A DNA stretch of 64,000 bases from an uncultured Clostridia bacterium (GCA_947632605.1 CANRPX010000001.1:116535-180534); one strand, 5' to 3'; shown: positions 9,156-19,773, counted from the first letter of the stretch. Notes: a model not told the origin generated them from the letters alone. Translations and numbers: made by a program.

Positions 9156-11561
9156 ATGAGAAAGAGAAATGAACTAACGCCAAGGGATTTAAAGGATATT
9201 TGTAATCCAAATCAATTTAAATTTGAAACAACAAAAGAACTTGTAGATACAAATGATTTAATATACGGCCAAGAGAGAGGAATCAAGGCATTAGAATTTG
9301 GTACAGATATTGATATTAAAGGCTATAATCTTTATTTAGAGGGGCCTTCAGGTGTTGGAAAAACTATGTACACAAAAAAGTTCTTGGATAAAAAAGCCGA
9401 AAAAGAAAAAGTTCCTAATGATTGGGTATATATTTATAATTTCGACAATCCAAATGAACCAATAGCAGTTTCATTTCCAGCAGGACAAGGAAGTGTCTTT
9501 AAATCAACAATGGAAGGTTTTGTAAAAGATGTTAGAAAAGACATCAAAAAAACCTTTAATAATGATGACTTCGAAAAAGAAAAACAGATTATAAAGCAAG
9601 AATTTGAAGAAAAAAGAGATGCTTTATTAAATAAATTAAATCAAAAAACAATGATACAAGGTTTTCAGGTAAAATCTACTGAAAATGGTGTATATATGAT
9701 GCCAGTATTAGATGGCAAAACACTTGCAGAAGAAGAATTTGAAGAATTAGATGAATCTATAAAAAAAGAATTTGAAGAAAGATCAGCACTAGTTCAAGAA
9801 CAGATTTTTGAAGCTTTAGCAGAAATAAAATCAATTGAAAAAGCTGCTGAAAGAAAAATAGATGAATGGCAATCAAATATAGCATTAATGACAATAAATG
9901 TTCATATTAATTCAATAAAAGCAAATTATAAAAGAAATAAAAAAGTTGTAGTTTACTTAGACAATATCAAAAAAGACATATTGAAAAATATAAATTGTTT
10001 TTTAGCATCAGATACAGAGCCTAAAATTCCACAACCACCTCAAGTACAACAAATGTCAAAAACTGAAAAAGAACCATGGCTTAATTATAGAGTAAATTTG
10101 TTTATAGATAATAGTAAACTTGAAGGTGCACCAGTTATTATGGATACAAACTATTCATATTATAATATTTTTGGTGGATTAGAATATGAAAATCAATTTG
10201 GTGCATTAAAAACAGATTATATGATGATAAAACCAGGATTACTTCATCAAGCAAATGGTGGTTATATCATTTTTCAAGCAAAAGATATTTTAGCAAATGG
10301 TTTATGTTATGAAGCATTAAAAAAAGCATTGAAAATAAAAGAATTATCAATTGAAAATATGGCAGAACAAAGAGGTGGAATGCTATTAGTTGCTTTAAAA
10401 CCAGAGCCAATACCATTAGATTTAAAAGTTTTATTAATTGGAAATTCAAATATTTATCATACACTTTTGTCAATGGATGAAGATTTTAGAAAATTATTTA
10501 AAATTAAAGTTGAGTTTGAAGAAGATGCTCCAAAAACAACTGAAAATATAGAAAGATTAAGTAACTTTGTTAGAAGTTTTTGTACACAAGAAGAATTGTT
10601 AGATTTAGATAAAGAAGCAATGGCAAAACTAGTAGAAGTAACTTCTAAAATGGCTGGAGATAAAGAAAAATTATCTACACAATTTAGTGAAATAGGCGAA
10701 ATTGTTGGAGAAGCTTCTGTATGGGCGAAAAAAGATAAACAAAAAATAATAACTAAAGATTATATACAAAAAGCATTAAATGAAAGAATTGATAGAATAA
10801 AGAAATATGATACTAGATATCTTCAAATGATAAAAGATGAAGCATTATTAATTGATACAGATGGTTTTGAAGTAGGACAAATTAATGGATTAACTGTAAT
10901 AACAATAGGAGATTATTCTTTTGGAAAACCTGCTAGAATTACAGCAAGTACTTATATGGGAAAAGAAGGAATCATAAACATTGAAAGAGAAGTTGATATG
11001 TCTGGTTCTTCACATTCTAAAGGTGTTTTAATCTTAACAGGATATTTAGGAGATCAATTTGCACAAGATATACCATTATCACTAACTGCTAATATTTGTT
11101 TTGAACAATTATATGGAGGAGTTGATGGAGATAGTGCATCAAGTACAGAAGCTTATGCAATTTTATCTAGCTTATCAGAAATGCCAATAAATCAGTCAAT
11201 TGCAGTTACTGGTTCTATAAATCAAAAAGGATATATTCAACCAATAGGTGGAGTAAATGAAAAAATAGAAGGTTTCTATCAAATTTGTAAACTAAAAGGA
11301 TTTAATGGAGAACAAGGAGTAATCATACCAAAACAAAATGTTAGAAACTTATATTTAGATGATGAAATTATAGATGCAGTAAAAAAAGGAAAATTTCATA
11401 TATATGCTATTTCTACTATTGATGAAGGAATTGAAATTTTGACAGGAGTTCCAGCTGGTAAAAAAGATAGAAATGGTAATTTCCCACTTGGAACAGTTAA
11501 TTATCTTGTACATGAAAAATTAAAGAAATTTGCAAAAGCAGAAAGAGCAGCAGCTAAATAA
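9156..11561 (+). CDS. Lon-like protease with a large helical insertion in the AAA module (LonC/COG1067-like)
   Basis: GPSGVGKT P-loop, long charged helical insert, C-terminal Lon proteolytic domain (GVDGDSASS ... GGVNEKIEGF). Confidence 0.8.
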   Translation: MRKRNELTPRDLKDICNPNQFKFETTKELVDTNDLIYGQERGIKALEFGTDIDIKGYNLYLEGPSGVGKTMYTKKFLDKKAEKEKVPNDWVYIYNFDNPNEPIAVSFPAGQGSVFKSTMEGFVKDVRKDIKKTFNNDDFEKEKQIIKQEFEEKRDALLNKLNQKTMIQGFQVKSTENGVYMMPVLDGKTLAEEEFEELDESIKKEFEERSALVQEQIFEALAEIKSIEKAAERKIDEWQSNIALMTINVHINSIKANYKRNKKVVVYLDNIKKDILKNINCFLASDTEPKIPQPPQVQQMSKTEKEPWLNYRVNLFIDNSKLEGAPVIMDTNYSYYNIFGGLEYENQFGALKTDYMMIKPGLLHQANGGYIIFQAKDILANGLCYEALKKALKIKELSIENMAEQRGGMLLVALKPEPIPLDLKVLLIGNSNIYHTLLSMDEDFRKLFKIKVEFEEDAPKTTENIERLSNFVRSFCTQEELLDLDKEAMAKLVEVTSKMAGDKEKLSTQFSEIGEIVGEASVWAKKDKQKIITKDYIQKALNERIDRIKKYDTRYLQMIKDEALLIDTDGFEVGQINGLTVITIGDYSFGKPARITASTYMGKEGIINIEREVDMSGSSHSKGVLILTGYLGDQFAQDIPLSLTANICFEQLYGGVDGDSASSTEAYAILSSLSEMPINQSIAVTGSINQKGYIQPIGGVNEKIEGFYQICKLKGFNGEQGVIIPKQNVRNLYLDDEIIDAVKKGKFHIYAISTIDEGIEILTGVPAGKKDRNGNFPLGTVNYLVHEKLKKFAKAERAAAK

Positions 11562-11589
11562 ATTTAATATTGTTTATTAAAATTAAAAT

Positions 11590-11620
11590 AAAAGTAGATA
11601 AAAAATCTACTTTTATTTTT
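11590..11620 (+). terminator. Rho-independent terminator
   Basis: aaaagtagat-aaaa-atctactttt followed by a T-run. Confidence 0.6.
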
Positions 11621-11693
11621 TGTTTAAATTTAAAATTGTTAATTAAACAAAGAAAAAATGGATATACTAAATAAAATTGGAAAGGAGATTTTT

Positions 11694-12761
11694 ATGGGAA
11701 AAATAACAGCTATACAATATGGAGTTGGAAAAATGGCTTCATATATTATGAAGTATATGATTGAAAAAGGAATAGAAATAGTTGGTGCAGTTGATGTAAC
11801 TCCAGATATTGTTGGAAAAGATATTGGAGAAATTATTGGAAAAGAAAAAATGGGAGTTACAGTTACTGATGCAAAAAATGCAAAATCATTATTAGAAGAA
11901 TTGAAACCAGATATATGTGTAGTTACAACAAGAAGTTTTATAGGAGAGCTTGAAAAACCAATTATTCTTTGTGCAAGTAAAGGAATTAATGTAATTACAA
12001 CTTGTGAAGAAGCATTTTATCCAATGAATTCAAATCCAATATTAACTGATAGAATAGATAAACTTGCAAAAGAAAATAATTGCACAATAACAGGAAGTGG
12101 ATATCAAGATGTTTATTGGGGAGGATTAGTTTCTTTAATAGCAGGTTCTACTCAAGCTATAAAGAAAATAAAAGGAAGTTCAAGTTATAATGTTGAAGAA
12201 TATGGAATAGCATTAGCACAAGCACATGGAGCAGGACTTACAGTTGCAGAATTTGATGAAAAGATTGCATCAGTAGATAGAATATCTGATGAAGAAAGAG
12301 AAGAAAAGATGAAAAAAGGAGAATATCTTCCATCATATATGTGGAATGTAAATGGATGGTTATGTGAAAAATTGGGATTAACTGTAAAAAGACAAACACA
12401 AAAATGTGTACCACAAACTTATTCAGAAGATATATATTCTAATACTTTAAATATGACAATAAAATCTGGTGATGTTACAGGAATGAGTGCTATTGTTACA
12501 ACAGAAACAGAAGAGGGAATAACACTTGAAACAGAATGTATAGGAAAAGTTTATGGTCCAGATGAATTTGATAAAAATGTTTGGACTGTTGAGGGAGAAC
12601 CAACAACTACTATAACAGTTGAAAAGCCAAATACAGTAGAACTTACTTGTGCAACAATAGTAAACAGAATTCCAGATGTAATATCAGGAAAACCAGGATA
12701 TATTCCAACAGCACAATTTGAAGATTTGAAGTTTAAAAATCAAATTTATAAAGAGAAATAA
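11694..12761 (+). CDS. NAD(P)-dependent dehydrogenase with a DapB-like N-terminal domain (2,4-diaminopentanoate dehydrogenase-like)
   Basis: N-terminal Rossmann-type segment IQYGVGKMA. AAGGAG RBS before the ATG at 11694. The family assignment is tentative. Confidence 0.55.
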   Translation: MGKITAIQYGVGKMASYIMKYMIEKGIEIVGAVDVTPDIVGKDIGEIIGKEKMGVTVTDAKNAKSLLEELKPDICVVTTRSFIGELEKPIILCASKGINVITTCEEAFYPMNSNPILTDRIDKLAKENNCTITGSGYQDVYWGGLVSLIAGSTQAIKKIKGSSSYNVEEYGIALAQAHGAGLTVAEFDEKIASVDRISDEEREEKMKKGEYLPSYMWNVNGWLCEKLGLTVKRQTQKCVPQTYSEDIYSNTLNMTIKSGDVTGMSAIVTTETEEGITLETECIGKVYGPDEFDKNVWTVEGEPTTTITVEKPNTVELTCATIVNRIPDVISGKPGYIPTAQFEDLKFKNQIYKEK

Positions 12762-12803
12762 TTTTTAATAAATTATATGTTATAAATTTTGTTAGAAAAA
12801 TAT

Positions 12804-12832
12804 TGACAAATTCAATTTTTAAAAATACAATT
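12804..12832 (+). promoter_or_regulatory. Sigma-A promoter of the ABC/GntR operon
   Basis: TTGACA, 17 nt, TACAAT. Confidence 0.6.
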
Positions 12833-12860
12833 GTACTAGCACAAATAGTACAATTGTATT
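12826..12860. promoter_or_regulatory. Perfect 14-bp inverted repeat, candidate GntR-family operator
   Basis: ATACAATTGTACTA-gcacaaa-TAGTACAATTGTAT overlaps the -10 box. It contains the GT-N-AC core typical of GntR operators. Confidence 0.55.
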
Positions 12861-12912
12861 TTTATTTTACAATAAAATATAAATAACTTTTGTTATTTAG
12901 AAAGGGGATTTT

Positions 12913-13809
12913 ATGATTAAAATAAGTAATTTAAGTAAATCATTTGAGAATAAAAAAGTTTTAGAAAATTTAAATTGCAATATTAAAACAAATTCTATAT
13001 ATGGATTTGTAGGAGCAAATGGTGCTGGAAAATCAACTTTACTTAGAATAATTAATGATGTATTTAAAGCCGATTCTGGTACAGTTGAAATTGATGGAAA
13101 AAGTATAGAAAACAATCAAGAACTTAAGCAAAAACTAGTTTTTGTTCCAGATGATTTATATTTTTTTCCAAATTATACATTAAATGAAATGGCAAAATTT
13201 TATAATTCGATGTATAAAAATTTTGATATGGAATACTTAAAAAAATTAGCTGAAACTTTAAAGCTAGATATGAATTCAAAAATTCAAAACTTTTCAAAAG
13301 GTATGAAAAGGCAGTGTGCTTTAATATGTGCAGTTTGCACAAATGCAGACTATATGTTTTTTGATGAAACTTTTGATGGAGTAGATCCAGTTATTAGAGG
13401 ATTATTAAAAAAGATTATAGCAAAACAAATGGAGAAAAAAGAAACTACAATAATTATGACAAGTCATAATTTGAGAGAACTAGAAGATATTTGTGATAAT
13501 TTAGCATTAATTTATAAAGGTGGAATTCTTTTTGAGAGTGAAGTAAACACATTGAAAACAAATATGTTTAAAGTTCAAGTTTCTTTAAAAGAAGATTTTG
13601 ATAAAGATACATTTAAAGATTTAGAAATTTTAAATTTCAAAAAAGTTGGAAGTGTTGCAACAATAATTATAAAGGAAGATAAAGAAAAGGCAATAGAAAA
13701 ATTGCAAAATTTAAATCCAATAATTTTAGATGTATTACCAGTAACATTAGAAGAAATGTTTGTTTATGAAATGGAGGTGCTAGGATATGAATTTAACCAA
13801 GTATTTTAA
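12913..13809 (+). CDS. ABC transporter ATP-binding protein
   Basis: Walker A GANGAGKST, signature-like FSKGMKRQ, Walker B FFDETFDG. Confidence 0.85.
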   Translation: MIKISNLSKSFENKKVLENLNCNIKTNSIYGFVGANGAGKSTLLRIINDVFKADSGTVEIDGKSIENNQELKQKLVFVPDDLYFFPNYTLNEMAKFYNSMYKNFDMEYLKKLAETLKLDMNSKIQNFSKGMKRQCALICAVCTNADYMFFDETFDGVDPVIRGLLKKIIAKQMEKKETTIIMTSHNLRELEDICDNLALIYKGGILFESEVNTLKTNMFKVQVSLKEDFDKDTFKDLEILNFKKVGSVATIIIKEDKEKAIEKLQNLNPIILDVLPVTLEEMFVYEMEVLGYEFNQVF

Positions 13810-15802
13810 TCTTAATTATTTAAAAGAAAATTTCAAAAAATCTAGGGGAATACTTTTATTAATAACAATTATAATTCCTTTATTAACATTATTTAGCATT
13901 TTATTCATAAATAAGCCTGCAAGTTATACAAAGATTGTAGAACTAATGGAAATTAGTTGGGTTAATATGTTTGGAATGTATGTAATACCAATTGCAATTT
14001 CATTTATATTATTTGGATATGTTTATAAAAAAACAAGTGTAGACTTTATAAATTCAATGCCTATTAATAGAAAAACAATTTTTATCACAAACACCATTGG
14101 AGGAATTTTACTTATAACATTAATTCAAATTTTAACCGCAGTAACACTTTTATTAAGCTCAATATTTATAAAAGAAATAATGATTTTTACTGGAATGATA
14201 ATAGATGTGTTTATTATTATGTGGATTGCATATTTATTTATGTTTTTTGTAACAAATCTTGCAATGACATTATCTGGAACATTTTTAACACAAATTGCTT
14301 TGACTATGATAATTTTATTTATAATACCATTTTGTTTAAGTACATTTGATTTATTAAGAAATCAAAAAATTATAGAAGAAGAATATACAGAAAGTACTCT
14401 TCAAAATAGTGAAAACAATAATAATATAACTATTATGGAAAACATTGATAATAAAGAATATACACTTCCATTTGATTTAATTTGGAATACTGATTTATCA
14501 TTTTCAAATACAAGAAATGCTAAAATGTTAGTTTTGGGAATAGTATATTTTTGTTTAGGACTATATTTATTTCAAAAACGTAAAATGGAAAATGCAGAAG
14601 AATCTTTTTCAAAAGTAAAAGTGCATTTATTTGTTAAAGCTTTAACAGTATTTCCTTTATTAGTTTTAGTAAATTTAGCTAGTGAGTCACCAAATAAATT
14701 TTTAATTTTATTAATTATAATTTACTATTTTGTTTATGATTACATTGTAAGAAGAAAAGTAAAATTTAAATATTCTATTTTAGGACTTATAATAACGTTA
14801 GCAGTTTCACAAGGTATAATTGTAGGAATTGAAAATTATTATCCAATAAATACCTCATATAGAGATAATATGGAAATAGCAAGAGAAGATGTAGATGAAG
14901 TAAGTTTAAATTTTGATGATAATAGTTATTATTTGCGTGAACAACCGGAAAACGATTATTATATGAATAATAAAGAATTAATCGATTTAATTTTTGATGC
15001 TTCAGAAAGATCTTATGAATTTAGAGAAGAAATTAAGAGTATAGATGTTATAGATAGTGTAAACTCAATGACTTCACTTTATGGAAATTTTAAATGTAAA
15101 GATGGAAGAATACTTAGATTTTATGCAGAAATTTTAGAAGAAGATGAAGAAAAGTTTTTAGATATTCTAGCTCAAGATGAAAACTTTATGAAATCTATAA
15201 AAGATAAATATATGGAAAAAAGTGTTATTACTTTTAATGGTCATGTTATGCTAGATATTGGTGAAAAAATAGAATTAGAAGGAAAAAATGCAATTAATAA
15301 TATGACTTTAAAAGAATATTATACATTATATAGTAAAGAAAGTTTAAATGGCTATTATCCTTTATACTTCAATTACTATAAAAATCATAATTTAGTATCA
15401 CTTTATGTTCCAATTAATATAAGTAATGAAGTATTAAAAACAATAGCAGATAATGAAAATGAATTTATAGATCAAAATTTTTATGTTGGAGAAAATTCAA
15501 GCGGAAATAGATTTAATATTGGTATAATGGCTGGACCTTTAGGATATGACAGAAATGATGTTGAATTTTCAAATTTTAGTGGTAACTTTTTTTACACATT
15601 AGATTTAATGGAAGAATTCATTAATGAGAACAAAAATGAAAAAATAGATCCAAGTCAAAAATGTTATGCAATTCAAATTACTGGAATTAATTCAGACTAT
15701 AACAATGAAAGAATTTTCTTTACAAATAAAACCGAAGAAATTGATTCAATAATTAGAAAAGAAATGTCATTTTATCAAGAAACATATTATTATGATTTTT
15801 AA
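13787..15802 (+). CDS. ABC-2-type multi-pass membrane protein with a large C-terminal soluble domain
   Basis: Overlaps the ATPase stop. Multiple TM helices in the first ~350 aa, then a non-membrane domain of about 320 aa. Confidence 0.6.
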   Translation: MNLTKYFNLNYLKENFKKSRGILLLITIIIPLLTLFSILFINKPASYTKIVELMEISWVNMFGMYVIPIAISFILFGYVYKKTSVDFINSMPINRKTIFITNTIGGILLITLIQILTAVTLLLSSIFIKEIMIFTGMIIDVFIIMWIAYLFMFFVTNLAMTLSGTFLTQIALTMIILFIIPFCLSTFDLLRNQKIIEEEYTESTLQNSENNNNITIMENIDNKEYTLPFDLIWNTDLSFSNTRNAKMLVLGIVYFCLGLYLFQKRKMENAEESFSKVKVHLFVKALTVFPLLVLVNLASESPNKFLILLIIIYYFVYDYIVRRKVKFKYSILGLIITLAVSQGIIVGIENYYPINTSYRDNMEIAREDVDEVSLNFDDNSYYLREQPENDYYMNNKELIDLIFDASERSYEFREEIKSIDVIDSVNSMTSLYGNFKCKDGRILRFYAEILEEDEEKFLDILAQDENFMKSIKDKYMEKSVITFNGHVMLDIGEKIELEGKNAINNMTLKEYYTLYSKESLNGYYPLYFNYYKNHNLVSLYVPINISNEVLKTIADNENEFIDQNFYVGENSSGNRFNIGIMAGPLGYDRNDVEFSNFSGNFFYTLDLMEEFINENKNEKIDPSQKCYAIQITGINSDYNNERIFFTNKTEEIDSIIRKEMSFYQETYYYDF

Positions 15803-15812
15803 GGAGGTGCGT

Positions 15813-16160
15813 ATGATAAATTTAGATTATCAAAGTAGAACTCCAATATATGAACAGATTATTCAAGAAATAGAAAGGTATGTAGCACTTGGAATTTTAA
15901 AACCAAAAGATCAAATTATGCCTGTAAGAGAAATGGCAACAACACTTGGAATCAATCCAAATACTGTAAAGAAGGCATACACAGAACTTGAAAATAGAGG
16001 AGTAATAACAAGTGTCTCTACAAAAGGAACTTTTATAACAGATGATATAAGCAAAGTTATAAATTCAAAAATTCAAGATAAAATAAAAGAGATTAAAAAG
16101 TCTATATCGGAGTTAGAAAAATTAGGTTTAACAAGAGAAGAAATTTTAAAGAAAATATAA
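15813..16160 (+). CDS. GntR-family (YtrA-like, short) transcriptional regulator
   Basis: Winged-HTH segment PVREMATTLGINPNTVKKAYTELENRGVI. AAGGAGG lies before the ATG at 15813. Confidence 0.8.
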   Translation: MINLDYQSRTPIYEQIIQEIERYVALGILKPKDQIMPVREMATTLGINPNTVKKAYTELENRGVITSVSTKGTFITDDISKVINSKIQDKIKEIKKSISELEKLGLTREEILKKI

Positions 16161-16168
16161 AATAATAA

Positions 16169-16234
16169 AAAAATTCTATATAAAAAATTATATAACGTTG
16201 TAAAATGTTTTTATAAATTTTATATAGAATTTTT
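16169..16234 (+). terminator. Long AT-only inverted repeat (17-bp arms, 32-nt loop), possible terminator
   Basis: aaaaattctatataaaa ... ttttatatagaattttt. Confidence 0.35.
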
Positions 16235-16337
16235 AATTATAAATAAAATCTTACTAATAGAAAATTTTTATTTACTTTAAAAATTTTTAAATATATAATT
16301 AATAAATAAATTTATTGAATGAGAAAGGAAAAGGTCA

Positions 16338-19300
16338 GTGAAAAAAGCTTTACTAAAAGATAGTATAAAAGAAATTAAAAAAACTTATAAAAGATTTATA
16401 TCAATACTACTTATGGCTTTTTTAGGAGTAGGCTTTTTTGCTGGTGTTAGAGCAACTAGTCCAGATATGGATCTTACAATTGATTCATATTTAGATAAAA
16501 GAAATGTTTATGATATCAAATTAGTATCTACATTAGGACTTACAGATGAAGATATTAATGAAATTAGCAAATTAGAAAATATAGAAAAAGTAGTAGGAAC
16601 TTTTAGTGAAGATGTATTTATAGATTTTGAAGATGAAGAGGCTGTTGTAAAAATATATGCATTAGAAAAAGATATTAATCAAGTTGATTTAATAGAAGGA
16701 AATTTACCAGAAAATATTGATGAATGTGTTATTGAAGAATCAATGAAAAATGCCAAAGGAATCTCAATTGGAGATTATTTAGAAATAGAAGAAAATCTTG
16801 AAAATGAAGATGAAAATCAATCTTTTAAAAATACAAAACTTAAAGTAGTAGGAACAGTAAAAAGTCCATTATATATTTCTAGAGATAGAGGAACAACTAC
16901 ATTAGGTTCTGGAAAAATATCTTATTATATGTATGTTAATAAAGAAAATATATCATCAGATATTTATACAGAAGTAGATATTTTAGCTAAAGGCACAAAA
17001 AATCTAATTTCTTTAAGAGAAGAATATAACAATAAAATTGAAGAAGTTGAAAATGAGCTAAATGCTATAAAAGAAGAAAGACAAAATGCAAGATATCATG
17101 AGTTAATTGATGAAGCAAATCAAAAACTTGATGATGCACAAAAAGAATTTGATGAAAAAAAAGCAGATGCTGAGCAAAAAATAAAAGATGCAGAAAATGA
17201 GATAGAAAAAGGAAAAATAGAAATTGCAGACGGAGAAAAAGAAATTTTAGATGGAGAAAATAAATTACAAGAAGGAAAAGATGAAGCAGCAAATGAGTTT
17301 GCTTTAGCAGAAGGACAATTAGCAGAAGCAGAAACAACAATTATAAAATCACAAGAAGAATTAAATAAAGGAATTAGTCAATTAGAACAAAAAAAGAAAG
17401 AAGCAGAATCTGGAATTTCTCAGTTAAAATTTGGAATAGAAGAAATAAATAAACAGTTATCAGATTTAACATCAAAAAAGAATAGCATAGAAGCTGGATT
17501 AAATCAAATTGCATTAATAGATGATAATATAAGTAAGTTAAAAATATTATTGGAAACCGAAACAGAACCCGATAAAATAGAAGAAATAAATTCTCAAATA
17601 AATAAATTAGAAAGTGATAAAAATGCTTTAATATCACAAGGAATAACTCAAGAAAATTTAGATAATTTAAATTCTGGATTAAATGAATGTCAAACTCAAA
17701 AACAATTACTAGAAAATAAATTAAATTCTATTAATTCTGAACTTGCAAATGCACAAAATCAAATAAATGATGCTCAAAATAAACTTAATAATGCATGGCA
17801 AGAATTAAATAATTCAAAAGTTACTTTTGCAAATACTAAAGCAGATACAGAAACAAAATTAAAGAGTTCAGAAGATGAATTAGAAAAAGGAAAAAGAGAA
17901 CTTGCAGATGCTAAAAAGGAATTACAAGATGGAGAAAAAGAATTATTAGATAAAAAAGAAGAATTTAATAGAGAAATAACGGATGCAGAAGCAAAATTAA
18001 TTGATGCAAGAGAAAAAGTAAATGATATAGAAACTGCAAAATGGTATATTTTTGGAAGAAATGATGATTCTGGATTTAATAGTTTTAAACAAGATACAGA
18101 TAATGTAAAAAAATTAGGAGAAGCTTTTCCAATAGTATTTTTTATAATAGCAGTTTTAATAAGCTTAACTTCTATGTCTAGAATGGTTGAAGAAGAAAGA
18201 GTTCAAATTGGAACATTGAAAGCATTAGGATATAATAGATTACAAATAATGTCTAAGTATATTATTTATTCATTGCTAGCATCTGTAATTGGAGGAATTT
18301 TAGGATCTGTATTTGGACTTAAGTTTTTCCCAACAGTTATAATTACAATTTATCAAATGATGTATGATATTAGTGAATTAAAAGTAGTATTTAATGTTTA
18401 TTATGCAAGTTTAGGAATTGGAATTATGACTGTGTGTATAGTAGGCTCAACAATTTATACAGCAATAAAAGAATTAAATAGCACACCTGCTGAGATGATG
18501 AGACCTAAAGCACCAAAGGCAGGTAAAAGAGTATTATTAGAAAAAATACCATTTATATGGAATAAATTAAACTTTACTCAAAAAGTTACTTTAAGAAATA
18601 TGTTTAGATACAAAAAAAGATTTTTGATGACTGTTGTTGGAATATGTGGTTGTACAGCACTAATACTTACAGGATTTGGATTAAAAGATCCAATTTCAAA
18701 AATAATGGATTTCCAATATATTGATATTTATGATTATGATGCTCTAATTGGTTTAAAAGATACTTTAACAGAAGAAGAAAAAGCAAGTTTAATTTCAGAT
18801 TTGGAAAACAAAGAAGAGATATCAAAATGTGTTCAAATTTATATGTCTTCTGAAAGTATAAGAAAAAATGATGTTAAAAAAGATACTCAAATAGTAGTTA
18901 CTTCAAATCCAGAAGAATTAGAAAATGTTATAAGATTAAAAGATTTAAAAACTGGAGAAAAGTTAAAACTAAATGATGATGAAATAATAATAACAGATAA
19001 ATTATCACAATTAATTAATGCAGGTATTGGTGATGAAATTACTTTAATTGATTCTGATAATAATGAATATAAAGCAAAAATTGGTGGAATAACAGAACAT
19101 TACATATCACATTATATTTATATGACTGAAAATTTGTATGAAAAAACTTTTGGAAAAGAAATGAATTCTAATGTATTACTTACACAATATGCTCATGAAA
19201 TTTCAGAAGAAAAAGAAGATTTATTATCAAAAGAAATTTTAGAAAATTCTAAAGTAGCATCAGTAACTCTAAGTAGTTATTTAATGCAAACCATAAATGA

Positions 19301-19715
19301 TACTTTAAAATCTATGAATTTAGTTGTATATGTTTTAATTATTTCAGCAGGACTTTTAGCATTTATAGTTCTTTATAATTTAGCAAATATTAATATAAGT
19401 GAAAGAATTAGAGAACTTGCAACAATAAAAGTTTTAGGATTTTATGATAAAGAAGTATATGATTATATAACAAGAGAAATTGTTTTACTTACAATTATAG
19501 GAATTCTATTAGGATTAATTTTTGGATTTTTCTTAAGTTCATTTATTTTAAAAACTTGTGAAATAGAAATTCTTAGATTCAAAAGATTAATAAGATTACC
19601 AAGTTATATTTATGCTTGTGTTATAACAATTATTTTCACTATAATTGTAAATTGTATAACATATTTTTCTTTAAAGAAAATAGATATGATAGAATCTTTG
19701 AAAAGTGTAGAATAA
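16338..19715 (+). CDS. FtsX/MacB-type ABC permease (two FtsX modules) with a coiled-coil insertion of about 330 aa
   Basis: TM1, extracytoplasmic domain, long heptad-rich E/K/L/N region (about aa 230-560), 3 TM helices, a second extracytoplasmic domain, 3 TM helices. Confidence 0.8.
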   Translation: MKKALLKDSIKEIKKTYKRFISILLMAFLGVGFFAGVRATSPDMDLTIDSYLDKRNVYDIKLVSTLGLTDEDINEISKLENIEKVVGTFSEDVFIDFEDEEAVVKIYALEKDINQVDLIEGNLPENIDECVIEESMKNAKGISIGDYLEIEENLENEDENQSFKNTKLKVVGTVKSPLYISRDRGTTTLGSGKISYYMYVNKENISSDIYTEVDILAKGTKNLISLREEYNNKIEEVENELNAIKEERQNARYHELIDEANQKLDDAQKEFDEKKADAEQKIKDAENEIEKGKIEIADGEKEILDGENKLQEGKDEAANEFALAEGQLAEAETTIIKSQEELNKGISQLEQKKKEAESGISQLKFGIEEINKQLSDLTSKKNSIEAGLNQIALIDDNISKLKILLETETEPDKIEEINSQINKLESDKNALISQGITQENLDNLNSGLNECQTQKQLLENKLNSINSELANAQNQINDAQNKLNNAWQELNNSKVTFANTKADTETKLKSSEDELEKGKRELADAKKELQDGEKELLDKKEEFNREITDAEAKLIDAREKVNDIETAKWYIFGRNDDSGFNSFKQDTDNVKKLGEAFPIVFFIIAVLISLTSMSRMVEEERVQIGTLKALGYNRLQIMSKYIIYSLLASVIGGILGSVFGLKFFPTVIITIYQMMYDISELKVVFNVYYASLGIGIMTVCIVGSTIYTAIKELNSTPAEMMRPKAPKAGKRVLLEKIPFIWNKLNFTQKVTLRNMFRYKKRFLMTVVGICGCTALILTGFGLKDPISKIMDFQYIDIYDYDALIGLKDTLTEEEKASLISDLENKEEISKCVQIYMSSESIRKNDVKKDTQIVVTSNPEELENVIRLKDLKTGEKLKLNDDEIIITDKLSQLINAGIGDEITLIDSDNNEYKAKIGGITEHYISHYIYMTENLYEKTFGKEMNSNVLLTQYAHEISEEKEDLLSKEILENSKVASVTLSSYLMQTINDTLKSMNLVVYVLIISAGLLAFIVLYNLANINISERIRELATIKVLGFYDKEVYDYITREIVLLTIIGILLGLIFGFFLSSFILKTCEIEILRFKRLIRLPSYIYACVITIIFTIIVNCITYFSLKKIDMIESLKSVE

Positions 19716-19773
19716 TTTTAAAATTAATAAATACTTAAAAATAAAAAATATATAATTACATTTAATAAAAAAT

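Noticed and set aside
17065-17637. Minus-strand ORFs (17065-17340, 17374-17637) inside the FtsX permease gene.
   Set aside because: They are the antisense of a repetitive E/K/L coiled-coil coding region. Their L/F/H-rich content is low complexity and they have no RBS.
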